The position numbers were made by a program, and so were the translations under genes. Below, piece by piece: positions 1-12,590 of a DNA stretch of 64,000 nucleotides (positions are counted from its first letter, which is position 1; each line of letters starts with the position of its first letter). Origin of the DNA: the human T2T-CHM13v2.0 reference genome, Homo sapiens; the NCBI RefSeq assembly GCF_009914755.1, contig NC_060940.1; one strand, given 5' to 3'. A model generated the notes under the pieces. It ran no database searches. It was not told the origin of the DNA and was given only the letters and a program-made list of their open reading frames with translations.

Positions 1-97
1 ATGGTGTTAATTGACCTGCTTGATGCAGAGTTGCCACCCAACTTCAATTTGTTAAAAACACAATGTCTGTGAAGCACAATGAAACAAGGTATGCCCG
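1..97 (-). mobile_element. Tigger1 (TcMar-Tigger) terminal fragment with TIR, runs off the window start
   Basis: cttgatgcagagttgcc...ttcaatttg...aaacaaggtatgcccg matches the reverse complement of the Tigger1 terminus (CAGGCATACCTCGTTTTATTG...), recalled from consensus. Confidence 0.85.
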
Positions 98-684
98 TGT
101 ATGATTCCAGAATGTAACCTTCCTGGGTGATGCTGAAGTTGTGAAGAATCAGCATGTTGTCACTGCCATAAATGGTTTCCACAACTTTTCAAGTTTTGAA
201 CTTAGAGTTATCTACAATTTGGAAAGTGAATACAGAGGATGGTGCTTGTTATGAACTGAATGGGTAGATGAGGTCCTCATGGTGGGCATCTTCCATACTC
301 TTAACTAAGTTCAGGCCTTTGGAGGAGCTTTATTCTAAATCAGAAAACCTTTATCTTCAGAGCTCTTTCTCCTCCACAATTTTTCTTTTCTTGTTCTCCT
401 CTAGAAAAGCAACTGGATAAAACTTCAGATTAAGCAAATATTTATTTAAAATCCAATGTGTTCTATCCTTTAAAAGCAACAACTACAAACTTAAAGTTGG
501 TTTGTTGAAATGTGAGCCAAAGGGCAATGCATTGGGTCTTAATAAAATATGTACAGAGGTCCATGTAATCAAGCACTTATTTGAGTAACAGAAATGCCCC
601 TGCTACTTGAATTCGTTGTCAGAAAGTTTGATCACTCAAAGCTGTGTTTCAGTACCCAGGCTACATTCTGAAGAGAAAAATGTT

Positions 685-733
685 ATGATTACTAAATAAT
701 AACATGATTATTAAATAATAACATGATTATTAA
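685..733. repeat. 19-bp tandem repeat, ~2.6 copies
   Basis: atgattactaaataataac / atgattattaaataataac / atgattattaa. Confidence 0.9.
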
Positions 734-2496
734 TTTCAATCAAGAAATTATTTATTCTACTGCAAGGAAAATACATTCATATCCTCCCCAATACTATTAG
801 GGACTTTGAAGCAAGAGCAATGTTTTAGGGCATGCAGCATAGATCATACACATGAAAAATCTCAAGATTTGAGTTCACCAACCTACTTTATGTGTAGAGA
901 TCTGGATAAAGAAATGTTTTTGTGGTCACAATTCTGCTACTTAAAGGGAGTGGGGTTGGGGGGTGGTAAAACTAGGTAAACAACAAAATTCTTAAAGGAT
1001 TGCTTTAACAAATCTGTTCATTTTTGTTTTTGTTTTCAGTTTTGGACATACTTCAAATTATACCGACTCTTGGAATTCACTAACAGCCTTAGGAGATCAT
1101 CTAATTTCTTATATCAATTTGTCCTTTAATGACTATGAGTTTGGGTTGAGCATGCAAATACAGTCTACCTCAATTTCCCTGACAAAATCATGCTGATAGA
1201 AAGCCGAATAATTACTCAGGATTTGATAAGGATTAAATAAAGCTTTACAAAGAGAATATACCTTTGCTTTTCTTTAACTTAACTTCCCTGTCTGAAGCAG
1301 TAACTGAATATACAAAATATAAAAACTTTTTTACAGGTCATCTCTACTTGAAACTCCCCAAGGTCACAGACAGAAAGGACCATGACAGATTCTATTAATT
1401 CAATTTAGGAGATGGGGGAAATGAGGCATGGGAGAGTTTAGTTATCTGTTCTCATTTTTCTACTTTACATAGTTTTATAAGATGCAAATACCAAATAATG
1501 CACCTGCACTTAAAAGATTCTGCTCTGCAGAACCCCATTTGAGGTGATATTAAATGGGCCAAATATGTTTGGAAAACTCCAGTTTAAGTATAATTAAACT
1601 CTAATGTGGGGGTCCTGAAATGATATGCTAGATTGAATTGCTGTTTATCTTTCTTAGCTAGAGGAGTTGGCAAAGCATCACAGAGAGGCAAGAACAGAAA
1701 ATAACCTTGAAATATGCTTCCTGTTTTCCTGCTTTTGCAAATAAAAAGTTGAATGGCTTTTCTTTAATATTTAAGCATAAGTTTAGTTGGCTTCAGTTAC
1801 TTGAGATTAACATGCCCAAACCTAATTTTTTAAGACAATAAACAACACAATTAAAGCATAACTCTAACCTTACAGAGCTTGGTCATCAGGGAACAAGAAA
1901 TGTGCATATGTGTGTATATGATGGTGGGGAGGGGATGTTTTGGATGTATAAGATACCATATGGAGTGGTGGTACCAGGGTTGACTGGCACCCGAAGTAGT
2001 AGTTTGACATGAGAACTCAATGCTGAGTGCAAAAACTATACTTTTATAGTTCAGCCCTTTGTGCACAAAGCCCCTTTAAGTGATATTGCCATCTCTCTCT
2101 AATTACCACTGAAAGGGCTCCACTGTGGTACCCAAAGAAGCACTCAGCTTCTGTCTCCTCCCTTCAGCCAGCTATTCAGAAATAACTTCATAGGTATGGT
2201 CAGATCTTCAGTTCTTAATGGACTGTAATTTAAACTGGAGTCTGTTCATTGCCACTCGACCAAGTTGCTCTGTCTGTTCCAACAGAAATATTCAACTTCA
2301 ACTGCCCCTGACTTTCTGAGATCACCCTGATCCCATAGTGAGGATTTCAACACTCTACAGTACTGACCCAATGCAACAAACATCCCCATAACATCATAAT
2401 CTAGAGGACAACAGACATAAAACTGGCCGTATTATGCCAGGCCAGCAAATAGACCTTTAGAGATACTGATGAAGAGAGTTGAAAAGGCTTAAGCAG

Positions 2497-3076
2497 TGTT
2501 GGAGCTCAGAAATTAATACCCCAAAGTATGACACTTTGACATGCTGAAATGAAGAAGAAGCCACAAGTTCCCTCTGACCTTCTCCCCGACCTCCTGTCTC
2601 AATCCCGTGTGTCTCACAAACACAGGATTAAGTTCTCTGTAGTTCCTTATCCACTTCAAATCCAAACCTGACAAAGAAGAAAATAATTACATCGGGTTCC
2701 TTCCCTGAGTTTTCATTAGTTGAACTCATGTTACAGGAAGAAATATTAAAATCTGTCAACACACCTGGACAGACTTTTGTCACAAACTGTTGTCCACTCT
2801 GCTGGCTCAACAGACTTTGTCCCAGGCACTTGTATGTTCTCCAAGCCCGTTGAATTCCCCTAAAAATCATCTACACTTCCCCATTACCCTTTCCCTAAGA
2901 AGGAGGGTATATAAGCATTTACACCCCTTTGGGATATGGGGCAATCACTCTGTGATTCTCCCTGTGTAATATTAATAAATGTGTATGCCTTTTCTCCAAT
3001 TAATCTGAGTTTACTGAGTTGATTTTTTAGCACATCTTCAGGGGTCAAAGGGGAAGTTTTTACCTTGGCCTCTACA
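2497..3076 (+). mobile_element. Solo ERV1 LTR, MER39-like
   Basis: TG...CA termini (tgttggagctcagaaa...ggcctctaca); ataccccaaagtatgacactttgacatgctgaa matches the MER39 5' end; TATA-like gtatataag ~2908 and aataaa ~2974. Confidence 0.8.
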
Positions 3077-4168
3077 GTGGTTAGTTGACAAGTTTTTAAA
3101 CCTCAGTGGATGATGCTACCAGCCTTTATGAGAATAGGCTACCTACCCTTAACAAACACCGTGGCTGCTATGGGAGCCAGAAATTTACTCATTTTCTTAC
3201 CTTTGGGCTCTACTTCCCAAGAAGACTCCCTTCAGCATCTATAGAGTCTATAGTGTCTCAATATAATGCCTTCAATCTCACTATAAAGTCTACAGTGTCT
3301 TCAATCTCATTATAGATTTTACAGTGTGATTGAAATGAGCCACACTGAATTCTTCTCCTTATTGGGAATTCATAGGCTTTCAAAAATCTTAGGCACATAA
3401 TGAAAAAGGAAGTAATCTGTCATCACTACCAATTTCAGGCTGATGATAATATATCATTTTCACCCCAAACTATAACCTAAACAAACAAAAAGCCTCCAGT
3501 TAGAATTTATCTTTAATACAGGGATGTTTTTCAGAGCTTTACATATGCTAACATACATAGCAAACATCCAAATATAAAGTGTGCTGTATTTCCAAGTATT
3601 TCATCATAGAGGCCTTTTTTAAAAAAAAAAAAAGCATTACATGAAACACACTTTGAGAAGTGTTGAATTCATAATTCTTTCTCCATAAGCCATTGGTGAG
3701 CCTGTGAAGTATTTTCACCCACAGCGATTGTCTGGGCTGCTGCTGTGGTTTAAACTGAAATCTATTCATTCCCCATCTTTCTCATTGGTATTAAATTACT
3801 CAGGTTCCTTTCTCCATAACCTTTTCACTTAGAACTAGATAGAAATAGTTTCCTTTGCTGAACAGTTTAGCAACTATCTTACTAAAAACAGCTCATAAGA
3901 TAATTGTTTTAATTGTTAACTTAGGAAACAGCTTTTAAAACCAACAACATGCATTTTAGAGACCCATATTAGTTAACTTCTGTGTCCCTTGGGCATGTTT
4001 TATAGGGAGAGAACATGACCTTCTCCCTTCTATGTGGAATATTTTTATTAAATAATACAGAAGGGATAGGGAAAAATACTTACCTTATTGGACTAGTTGC
4101 TCCTATTATTTCTGAATTCTTAGACACATATAATTCAGGGATCTTATCAACTTATTCTAGACCAAATG

Positions 4169-4238
4169 TCTCCTCCTCCTCTTCCTCTTCTTCCTCCTCC
4201 TCCTCCTTTCCTTTCTCTCTTCCTCTCTCTGTCTCTCA

Positions 4239-4310
<72 letters not shown>
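4169..4310. repeat. Compound microsatellite (TCC)n/(CT)n-(CA)20-(CT)14
   Basis: Read directly; explains the low-complexity ORFs at 4015-4440. Confidence 0.97.
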
Positions 4311-4314
<4 letters not shown>

Positions 4315-5106
4315 AGGAAAAAACCTTGGCATCTTTCCTGGTATACTATCATAACAGAATGTTTCTGTGACCAAATGTGTGGGGATTTTTTTTCCCTATT
4401 CATGATGCAAGCAACTAGTTCAGCAGTGAGCACCGGGTGAGTGTCTAATTCAATTCAATTCTGACAGTATCTACATGGGCATAGCACCAGATCCCACAGG
4501 TTGAAAGCTCAGTCCCACGAGACCGTTCCCCACTTCAGTTATCAGTTGCAAGTCTGTGCTTCCAGAACTTCTGACTGTCTGGAGTTTGATTAATTTGCTA
4601 AAGAACTCAGGGTAACACTTTACTCATATTTACTCATTTATTACAAAATATATTTTAAAGGGCACAAATGAACATCCAGATGAGAAAATACATAAGGCAA
4701 GGTCTGGAAGGGTTCTGGGCACAGGAACTTCTGTCCCCGGGAGTTTACGTATACCACCTCCTGGCAGCTGCATGTTTTTGATAGCCAACAAGGAAGCTCC
4801 CCTAAACTCAGTCCTTTTAGGTTTCTATGGAGGCTTCATTATGTAGGCATGATTGATTCAATCATTGGCCATTGGTGGTCAACATAACTTTCAGACACTG
4901 TCTTCTCCCCAAAGGTTAGGGAAATGGAGCTGAAAGTCCCAACCTTCTAGTCCTCCCTTGGTCTTTGTGGTGACCAGCACCCATCTTGAAGCTACTGAGG
5001 AAACCTTATCCACCAGTCACATAATTAGCAATAAAAACACACTTACTCTGGAAATTCCAAGAATTTTTTCCAAAAAACAGGAATGAAGACCAAATATATA
5101 TTTCAC
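4315..5106 (-). mobile_element. Solo LTR, MER21 family
   Basis: gaagaccaaatatatatttcac (reverse complement of MER21 5' end), caattcaattctgaca...cagatcccacaggttga...ctcagtccca, ggaggcttcattatgtaggcatgattga. Confidence 0.85.
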
Positions 5107-5121
5107 GCAGGTGCAAGGTGG

Positions 5122-5124
5122 ATG

Positions 5125-5173
<49 letters not shown>
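5122..5173. repeat. (GC)4(AC)21 alternating purine-pyrimidine microsatellite
   Basis: atgcgcgcg followed by (ca)21. Confidence 0.97.
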
Positions 5174-5175
<2 letters not shown>

Positions 5176-5291
5176 TTCCTTCCTCAAAGACGTATCTCCC
5201 ATGTACAGGTTTTCATTTCAAAAGCACTTCCTGTAATGGCCCCTATATTATTTAATATTACAAGTGTTTACTTGAAGAGGAGGTGTGTTAG

Positions 5292-5636
<345 letters not shown>

Positions 5637-5639
5637 TAG

Positions 5640-5775
5640 TGCTCACTTTATGAGAGTGTCCAAATACATCTTAATCTTTACTGCAATCCTAGCAGGCAGA
5701 TATTATTATCACTTCATTTTATGATGAAGAAAGTGATATACATGAAGATTATTTTACTTGCTGAAAATCATGGGT
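5640..5775 (-). mobile_element. MIR fragment
   Basis: tattattatc...cattttatgatgaagaaagtga resembles the MIR core. Confidence 0.55.
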
Positions 5776-6239
5776 CACATGGAGGTGATTCCTATGATTA
5801 AACACAGGTTTAGAGTGTACGTTTTCTGATCAGAATCCCCTTCCTGCCTCAAACTGGCTACCAAACTGTTTTAGTCTCATTCTTTCTGACTTTGATTGGA
5901 TATCTGTATTTAGACTGTTTTTTCCTCCTGGCCAAATACAAAACAATCTTCCCATTGTTCAAAGACAGAAAGTGTCATCTGGGGTCCACACAATGAAAAA
6001 AAAAAAAAAAGAAAGAAAATGAAATAAATCTACTTGTTTTTAGAGCAAATCTAAAGAAGAATTAAAAACAAGATAAATGGCATTTGACACTATGCTTTAA
6101 AAAATCATGAATTAATATTATTTCCTCAGGTTTAACTAAGGAAAGAGTTAAGGCATAGCTATCTAAAGAAAATGCCTCTATAAATTTTGTACAAAACATT
6201 TTATTAAAAATGATTTACCTTTTTTTAATGTATTTTGCC

Positions 6240-6650
6240 TTGTTGTGGGACGATTCTTGAGCAAATGATTTATTGGGGGCATATTCGCAAGAGAAACCTG
6301 TAGAGAAAGTAAGTAAAATAGGACTGGACAGAGGAAAGGAAGTAAGCAAAAATGTAGTTTCAGCAGAAGTAGTCCCAGCCTCAGCTTGGTTTCATGAGGG
6401 CCTCAGGAGTGTGAATTGTTCTACAAGGTTGCCCACTAAGAGGAAGGGGACCTGGCTTTTATGTATTATATCAGTCTGTCATTTTCCACAAGCCATCCTA
6501 GGAAGAGGTTAGCAAGCTCTCATGCAACTCTCAGCTAGATGGTTCCTATTAGTCAAGGGAACTCCTCCAGAGAAAGGTGAAGGTGAAAGGAGCTCTGGCT
6601 TGGGTGCACCAGCCTAGTAAGTAAATGGGATCTAGATGGGATGTCAACAC
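6240..6650 (-). mobile_element. ERVL LTR, LTR16-like
   Basis: gcaaatgatttattggg...gagaaacc...gtcccagcctcagc...ttcctattagtcaagggaactcctccagagaa. Confidence 0.65.
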
Positions 6651-8369
6651 TAACCAATATATGCCTTAAATAAGAATTTCTGTAATAAAAACTTTCAGAG
6701 CTCAGAACATGGAAAAGTCCTGTTTGATAATTATGTCTTTTTATTACTAGAATATAAGAACAAAATATGATACTTATCACATCTCTCTTTTTGCAAAGAT
6801 TGCCTTTTTTTTTTTTTTTTTTTGCTATTTTCTTAGCTGCAGCCTTCTTTAGAAAAGGTTTGGGGTACAATTATTCTCCTCAATTTTCCAGTTCTCCAAG
6901 TGTATGTCTTTTGCTCTTTTATCATTATTTCAAAGGTTTGAGTTTACTTTTTTGTTTTGTTTTGTTGTGAGTCATTTCAAATTCTTTCTGTAAGTAGACT
7001 ACATATATACTAAACAACTAAAAATAGGGAAATATCCAATGGCATGAAGCAAATATGGATAAATGCAATACCTTTGCAACTAGAGTACTTATGTAATCAA
7101 AAAATTACAATTTTTTCAACAGAAGAGTCCATTAAAGGTGACATTTATAAGACAAAGTTTACCACAGTCCTCATTTTGCATAATAATACACATTTTAATT
7201 TCATCTTTCACATTTATTAAAGTAACAATTCTTTAACATATTTTTCACAAGACAATTATGGAAATATTATCAAGTTCAACCATATTCTAAAAACCTTTTA
7301 ATTTAGGGAAAGCACCCATTGGTCTTGACAATGATTATTCTTTCTAACCAGGCACTTAAAAATGACAAGGTCAGAGTCTTGGATGTGACATTTAAACCCT
7401 TTGAATGCCCTAAAACAAATTATTCATTATTCATAAATCCAAAATAAAATAGCAAGGTCAGCAAAGTTCATCCGTCACATTTACAACCTGAACAAATCAT
7501 TAAGCTTCTATAATTATCTTTATCTTATCAAAAAGCCACTAACTCACTGCCCAGCCTCACTCTGGTCATCTGGGTCATTTTGTCCTTTTGCCATTTCTCA
7601 GAAAAACTAATCATCAAGAACTATTGACCCAACTTGGGACAGGAAGGAAAAGAAATAGCAAATGGTCAGACATTATTAAGAAAACAAACAGGGTGAACTC
7701 TGGGCAAAATTTTGAAGTCCAGCTTTATTGCTCCTACTTCTTTTTTTCTTTCCCACTATTGAAGTCTGTGATCTGGAAAAAATGTGTGCTCCATTCTTCA
7801 CGTGAAGTAGGGTCTCAGCTGTATTGACTGTACAATTCTGGTATTTGTGTGGAGAGCTTTTTAGCCAAGGTGGCTGGTGCGGGGGTTACCCTAAGTACTT
7901 CAGCTTTTGGGAATCATCATTTGCTTTAATTGTCAGCTAAAATGGCTCATAACTCCATGCCATTTACTGTGGGAAGTCTATTTACTAATCAAGATTTCTA
8001 AGGCTCTCTCGGTGTGACGAATGCATTTTAAGGATTTCTTCTGATGTCATCACACACCTGGCTCACCTCTAGTGGTTGCTAATCTGCTTTCTGGCCACTT
8101 TGCCCTCCAAAAATATTCCAAAAAGCTCTTCCTTTATTTTCTAATATGGCATTAACATAAATTGTGGTAGGTAGAAGAACTTTTCTAAAGGTTTGGTGTA
8201 ACAATGGAGATTACAGGATAAAGATAAAACCAGGTGAAACCTTGATACTGAATTTTAGACATGTATATTATGAACTCTCTCATCCATTTTCACCTTCATA
8301 AATTCCTCTTTACTATGAATATATTTTCATGAAATGTGAAAAATAAAAATTTCTGAACAAATTAATAAT

Positions 8370-8592
8370 AATAATTACAAAAATAATTTTAGAGTAGCAG
8401 ACATTGCTAAGCATCCTCAGGAATTACTTTATTTAATATTCCCCAGATACACATAGAGTCAATAATATCACTTTCAAGCTATGGGTGAGTAATGAATTGA
8501 GGTTTATAAATGTTGATTAAATTGTCCAGGCTCAAATTCATAGTAAATAATAGAGTCAGAATCTGAACCAAGATATCTCAGATGTTAAAGCC
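8370..8592 (-). mobile_element. MIR
   Basis: gacattgctaagca...gtaaataatagagtcagaatctgaaccaag. Confidence 0.6.
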
Positions 8593-9046
8593 TTCTTTTT
8601 TAAAGAAACGATATTGTGGTTTGGGTAGCACTGTGCTACTTGTTGAGGATGGATAATGGACACTATCATTTGACAGATTTGTTGGAGCACCGAATAAACA
8701 TAGAGTTTGCACAGTTCAGATCAGTGTCTTCCACCCTGATGAAGAAGCAAGACAGGAAGCTTAGTTTCAGTAGGCATCAGAAGGAAATGATGCCAACTAC
8801 TTTAGCAGCAAGAACATCTATGCAAAAAGTGGTTTTTTTTTTTGGTCATAGAACTTTTGCTCTATCAGTAGCTTTATGATAAATGCTTCATGGTTATAAA
8901 AAGAATGAAGGCCTCAGTGTTAGGAGGCAGAGTCATCCTTGATTCCTTTCTTTCTTACCTTCCTGCTGCTCTAGCTTCAAAATATATCCAGAATTTGATG
9001 ACTTACCTCCTCTGCTGCCACCACCTGGTCCTGGTCAGGCATGGTG

Positions 9047-9203
9047 GGCTCTGATTTATATCATTTAGCTATTTTTGTGGTGTTAAAATACTCCCATGGT
9101 GGCAGATCCTAAGCTAGTAACATGACATCTTTGAATGCAGAGCTGAGAAGTGCAACCTAATTGGCACTGAAGAGCCTTAAAAGGCTTTTCCAGAACACCA
9201 CTG
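9047..9203 (-). mobile_element. MER63-like hAT DNA transposon
   Basis: Ends ccagaacaccactg (TIR); internal gtggtgttaaaatactcccatgg...aagctag...tgaatgcagagctgagaag matches MER63. Confidence 0.75.
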
Positions 9204-9624
9204 AAAGCCTGAGAAAAAATGGACATGTTCAAGATCACCTGGTTATTAGTCTGGAATTAGAACCCAGGTAGCCTGAATGCTAAACCAGAGCCCATTTCAC
9301 AGAGAAATATTTGCATGTTCAGTCTCATTCTTCACATTGTTCTACTAAAGAAAATCTAACTGTTGACAAGAGGGTGCAACAGCACAGTGGAGGAGAGGTA
9401 GTTATCTTAGAGCCCTAAGGACTTTGCAACGGCCTGAAGACGTATTGGGGAATTTTGGTGGCTCTTTATCTCACTCATACCTTCACGTGTAAAGTGATTT
9501 ATTAGGTCAGAAAAACAAGTTAAGCTTTCTCTGATGGTAGAGATCAACACCAAATCAATTCCTTCTAGGAGGGAAACCCAAAACATAATTTAATTATGAG
9601 GTTGTGATAGGCAGGATTGTGAAT

Positions 9625-9840
9625 AACCGCATGGTATTTGAAGTAGACCAGAACTAATTTCAGTCACTCACTTCACCATTTACTGGAACTAAGACTTCGG
9701 GAAATTTAATCCCTCAAAACTATAAAGCCAATGAAATCAGAATATCTACTCAATATTGTCATAGATAGGACAATATGATCACAGATCTGAGCATATTCCT
9801 GTTGCATGGTAAATATTCAGTAAATGCAGGAGCTATTATT
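9625..9840 (+). mobile_element. MIR
   Basis: caccatttactgg...3' end catggtaaatattcagtaaatg...gctattatt. Confidence 0.55.
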
Positions 9841-11324
9841 ACCGGTAAAAACATTGTTTCACAGTACTATTTTAAAAAGAGTCTGTTGGAACTTGAGAAG
9901 AAAGCTTTGATGAATATATTCAATTAGAAATATAGAGGAATGAAATTAGCAATCTGAACATTTGTTTACCCTATAATATTCTGTCTGACTCTACTTTATC
10001 CCTGAACCTTCTATATTGTATTCCAAATTCCCTTTATTATAGTTTCAGGCCAAGAAGACAGAGCCTTAATTTTAATCTAGAAATCACATCTTCCCTTAAA
10101 GCTGTGAGATTCATTATGCAATACTTAGAACCAGGTGACCTTGGGTGAAGTCTTTCAAACTCGCATTTTATTTTCTTACAACAGGCTTATTATTATACCT
10201 AAATGACATGCTTAAGATTTGGGGGGATTATTAAAATCACAACAATTAGACAAATTTTCCAGGGATATTGTTTCTAACAAAGCCTTTATCCACTTATACA
10301 AAACTCATACATATTCAAAGGATTATGTTTCAGAAAGTGCCCCAGCTTAATACTAACTGATATATTCCAAGTAAGGAACATTACAGAAGTTCAGTGTTTG
10401 TGGAGTTTATTAAAAGCTCATGTTTTCTTTTTCTTTACAATTCACCAATTGGTAAATTAGAAAAAATTGATATGCACTGGGAACAATATAGGTCTACACT
10501 TTCAAATCTTTTATCTAACAAGCTGTTAGAAAGGTTGGCCTAATTACTTTTCTCTATTTAAAAGTGTCCAAGCATGTTGGAGTTTAGTTAAGTGATTCTG
10601 ATTTTATTATAAGCTCCATAGGAGAAGCACTCCAGGGTGGCCAGCCATGCCAGTTGGGCTATCTGCTTAATTGCCTTGATTGCAGAGCATTTTCTAAAGC
10701 AACAACAGCCCAGGCAATGCTAGTATTGTATTTGAAAATTTCAGCACTGTGGTGTTTTCACACCACATTGGTTAAATGGTACCAATTTTAAAGTGGTAAG
10801 GACAGAGATGCTCTGTGAAATATGCTAACCCTTGGAACAGCTGAGTCGGTGACAGTTGTGTCTAATGGTGACAAGCATAGAGTTTGGAGTTTGACTCTGT
10901 TAGTTACAAGCTGCACTAGTTAACTAAAATTCTCTGATTTCCTGTATTCTTTCTTCTGGCTAATATGACCATATTGACTATTTTGCAAGTAAATTAGAAT
11001 CTATCTAACTATAAAAGGACGATTATAATTGGCCGGGCAATGGAGATCCTTCATTTTGGTGTTATAATGAAACTGATTCTAGAATGACATGATTTCTAAA
11101 TTTTCATGCCTTATCTTTCCTGTCAGCATTGCTCACATCTTTTTATATCTTTCTGGTTTGGGAACAACTTGAGGGTAGAGACTGTGTTTTGATTCTGTTG
11201 GTATTCCTCCAAGTTGTGCAATAAATACTTACTTATTTACACTATAGTATAAACAGGCAATTTGATGACTTTGTAGTTGTACTGTTGCCCTTCTTCCTCC
11301 TCTAAGCCTGACCTAGCCATGGTG

Positions 11325-11353
11325 AGTGTGTGTGTGTGTGTTTGTGTGTGTGT
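11325..11353. repeat. (TG)n microsatellite, interrupted
   Basis: Read directly. Confidence 0.9.
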
Positions 11354-11604
11354 GGTGTCTACTAGGTAGGGACCAGCAAGAAAATGAGATATTTAAAGAA
11401 GCAACACCTCTTTAATCCCTAGTTGACCTTGAGATAATGCTCATTCAATTTATTTCAATTCCACAAACAGAATTAGCACTTTCTCTGTGCAGCATCCTTT
11501 CTCCCCTTGTATGCAGTGCCGAGCTCTTGATAACATACAGTAAATAGTTAATACTTAGATCAGAATCTGAGTGTCTTAGAAATGGAATGAGTAGAAGTAA
11601 TCTT

Positions 11605-11715
11605 GTTTCACTCCCCTCAATTTACAGATGTGGATGGTGTGGCTCAGAAATATTGAGATATGACCAAACTGCAGGGCTATTGGTGGCAGAAATAATCAGC
11701 TCTAAATCCAGGTCT
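11605..11715 (-). mobile_element. MIR fragment
   Basis: caatttacagatgtgga...ggctcagaaa...ggtggcaga. Confidence 0.6.
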
Positions 11716-12329
11716 ACAGGGCTTGCATCTATTTCGTACTCTATCTCTATGGCTCTAGAAATGCCAATTTCTTTCTCTCTCTCTCTGTTTTTTTTTTTTT
11801 TTTTTCGTAGCATATCAATTTCAAAGAGCACAGTAGTTAAAAACATAGCATCTAGTACAGGCTGTGGATTATGGGCGTACCTATTAATTCTAATAATTTT
11901 ACTTTCCAGAAAAGATCCTTTGCTTTGGGCAGCTACCTCTCCAACAGTGGCTTCTGTTTTGCCTATGTGCTTCTGATCTGATATGTAGGCAGTAGTTCCC
12001 TCAGACTGGAGAAGCAGTTGTAATTCTCAGCTGGGGGCTCTGCCTCTTACTCAGCCTGCAGGTGATTAAGGTTCTCACCTGGAGAGCACTCAGCTGAACA
12101 TCTGCTGTGGTATGTCATAGCTGAGGGGGGGGGCACATCTCCCACTGTTCTCATTCCAACCTAATAGCAGGAGATAGAGCAGCGTATTTCACATCTACCT
12201 GAGATGAATACTTGCAATATTGTGCCATGAGAGTATTACTTTCTTTCCTCCTCATTTTACCCTAGCTTTTATAAATGTAGTTAATCTTTATTGGGGGGTT
12301 GGTGGAGGTATCCATTATGTTAAATCAAG

Positions 12330-12590
12330 CATCATGGTATAGTTAAATGAGCTTTTAACTCAGAGAAACCTACCAGAGTTCAAGTCTTAGTAGGTCACAT
12401 GCTGGATGGGAAAACAGAAGCAAGTTGTTCAAGCTATTTCCTTGCCTATAAAAGGAAACTCAAGTTTCTACCTACCTCAAAGAGCTATTTTGTATGCCTG
12501 ATGACATTTCCTCATTCATTCATTTAAGAATTATTTATTGAGTATACCCTGTCAGGAAATCCACTAGGTTGTGGTATAGAGTAGTGAAAA
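12330..12590. mobile_element. MIR (+) followed by L2 3' end (-)
   Basis: tttccttgcctataaaagg...ctacctacctca; then cattcattcattt...tatttattgag. Confidence 0.55.

Noticed and set aside
946-966. G-quadruplex candidate gggagtggggttggggggtgg
   Set aside because: Only three G3+ runs plus GG; not a canonical three-tier G4
4015-4440. 141-aa ORF with poly-Ser and HT repeats
   Set aside because: Microsatellite translation running into MER21
11587-11976. 129-aa ORF
   Set aside because: Overlaps a MIR and a poly(T) run; no recognisable domain
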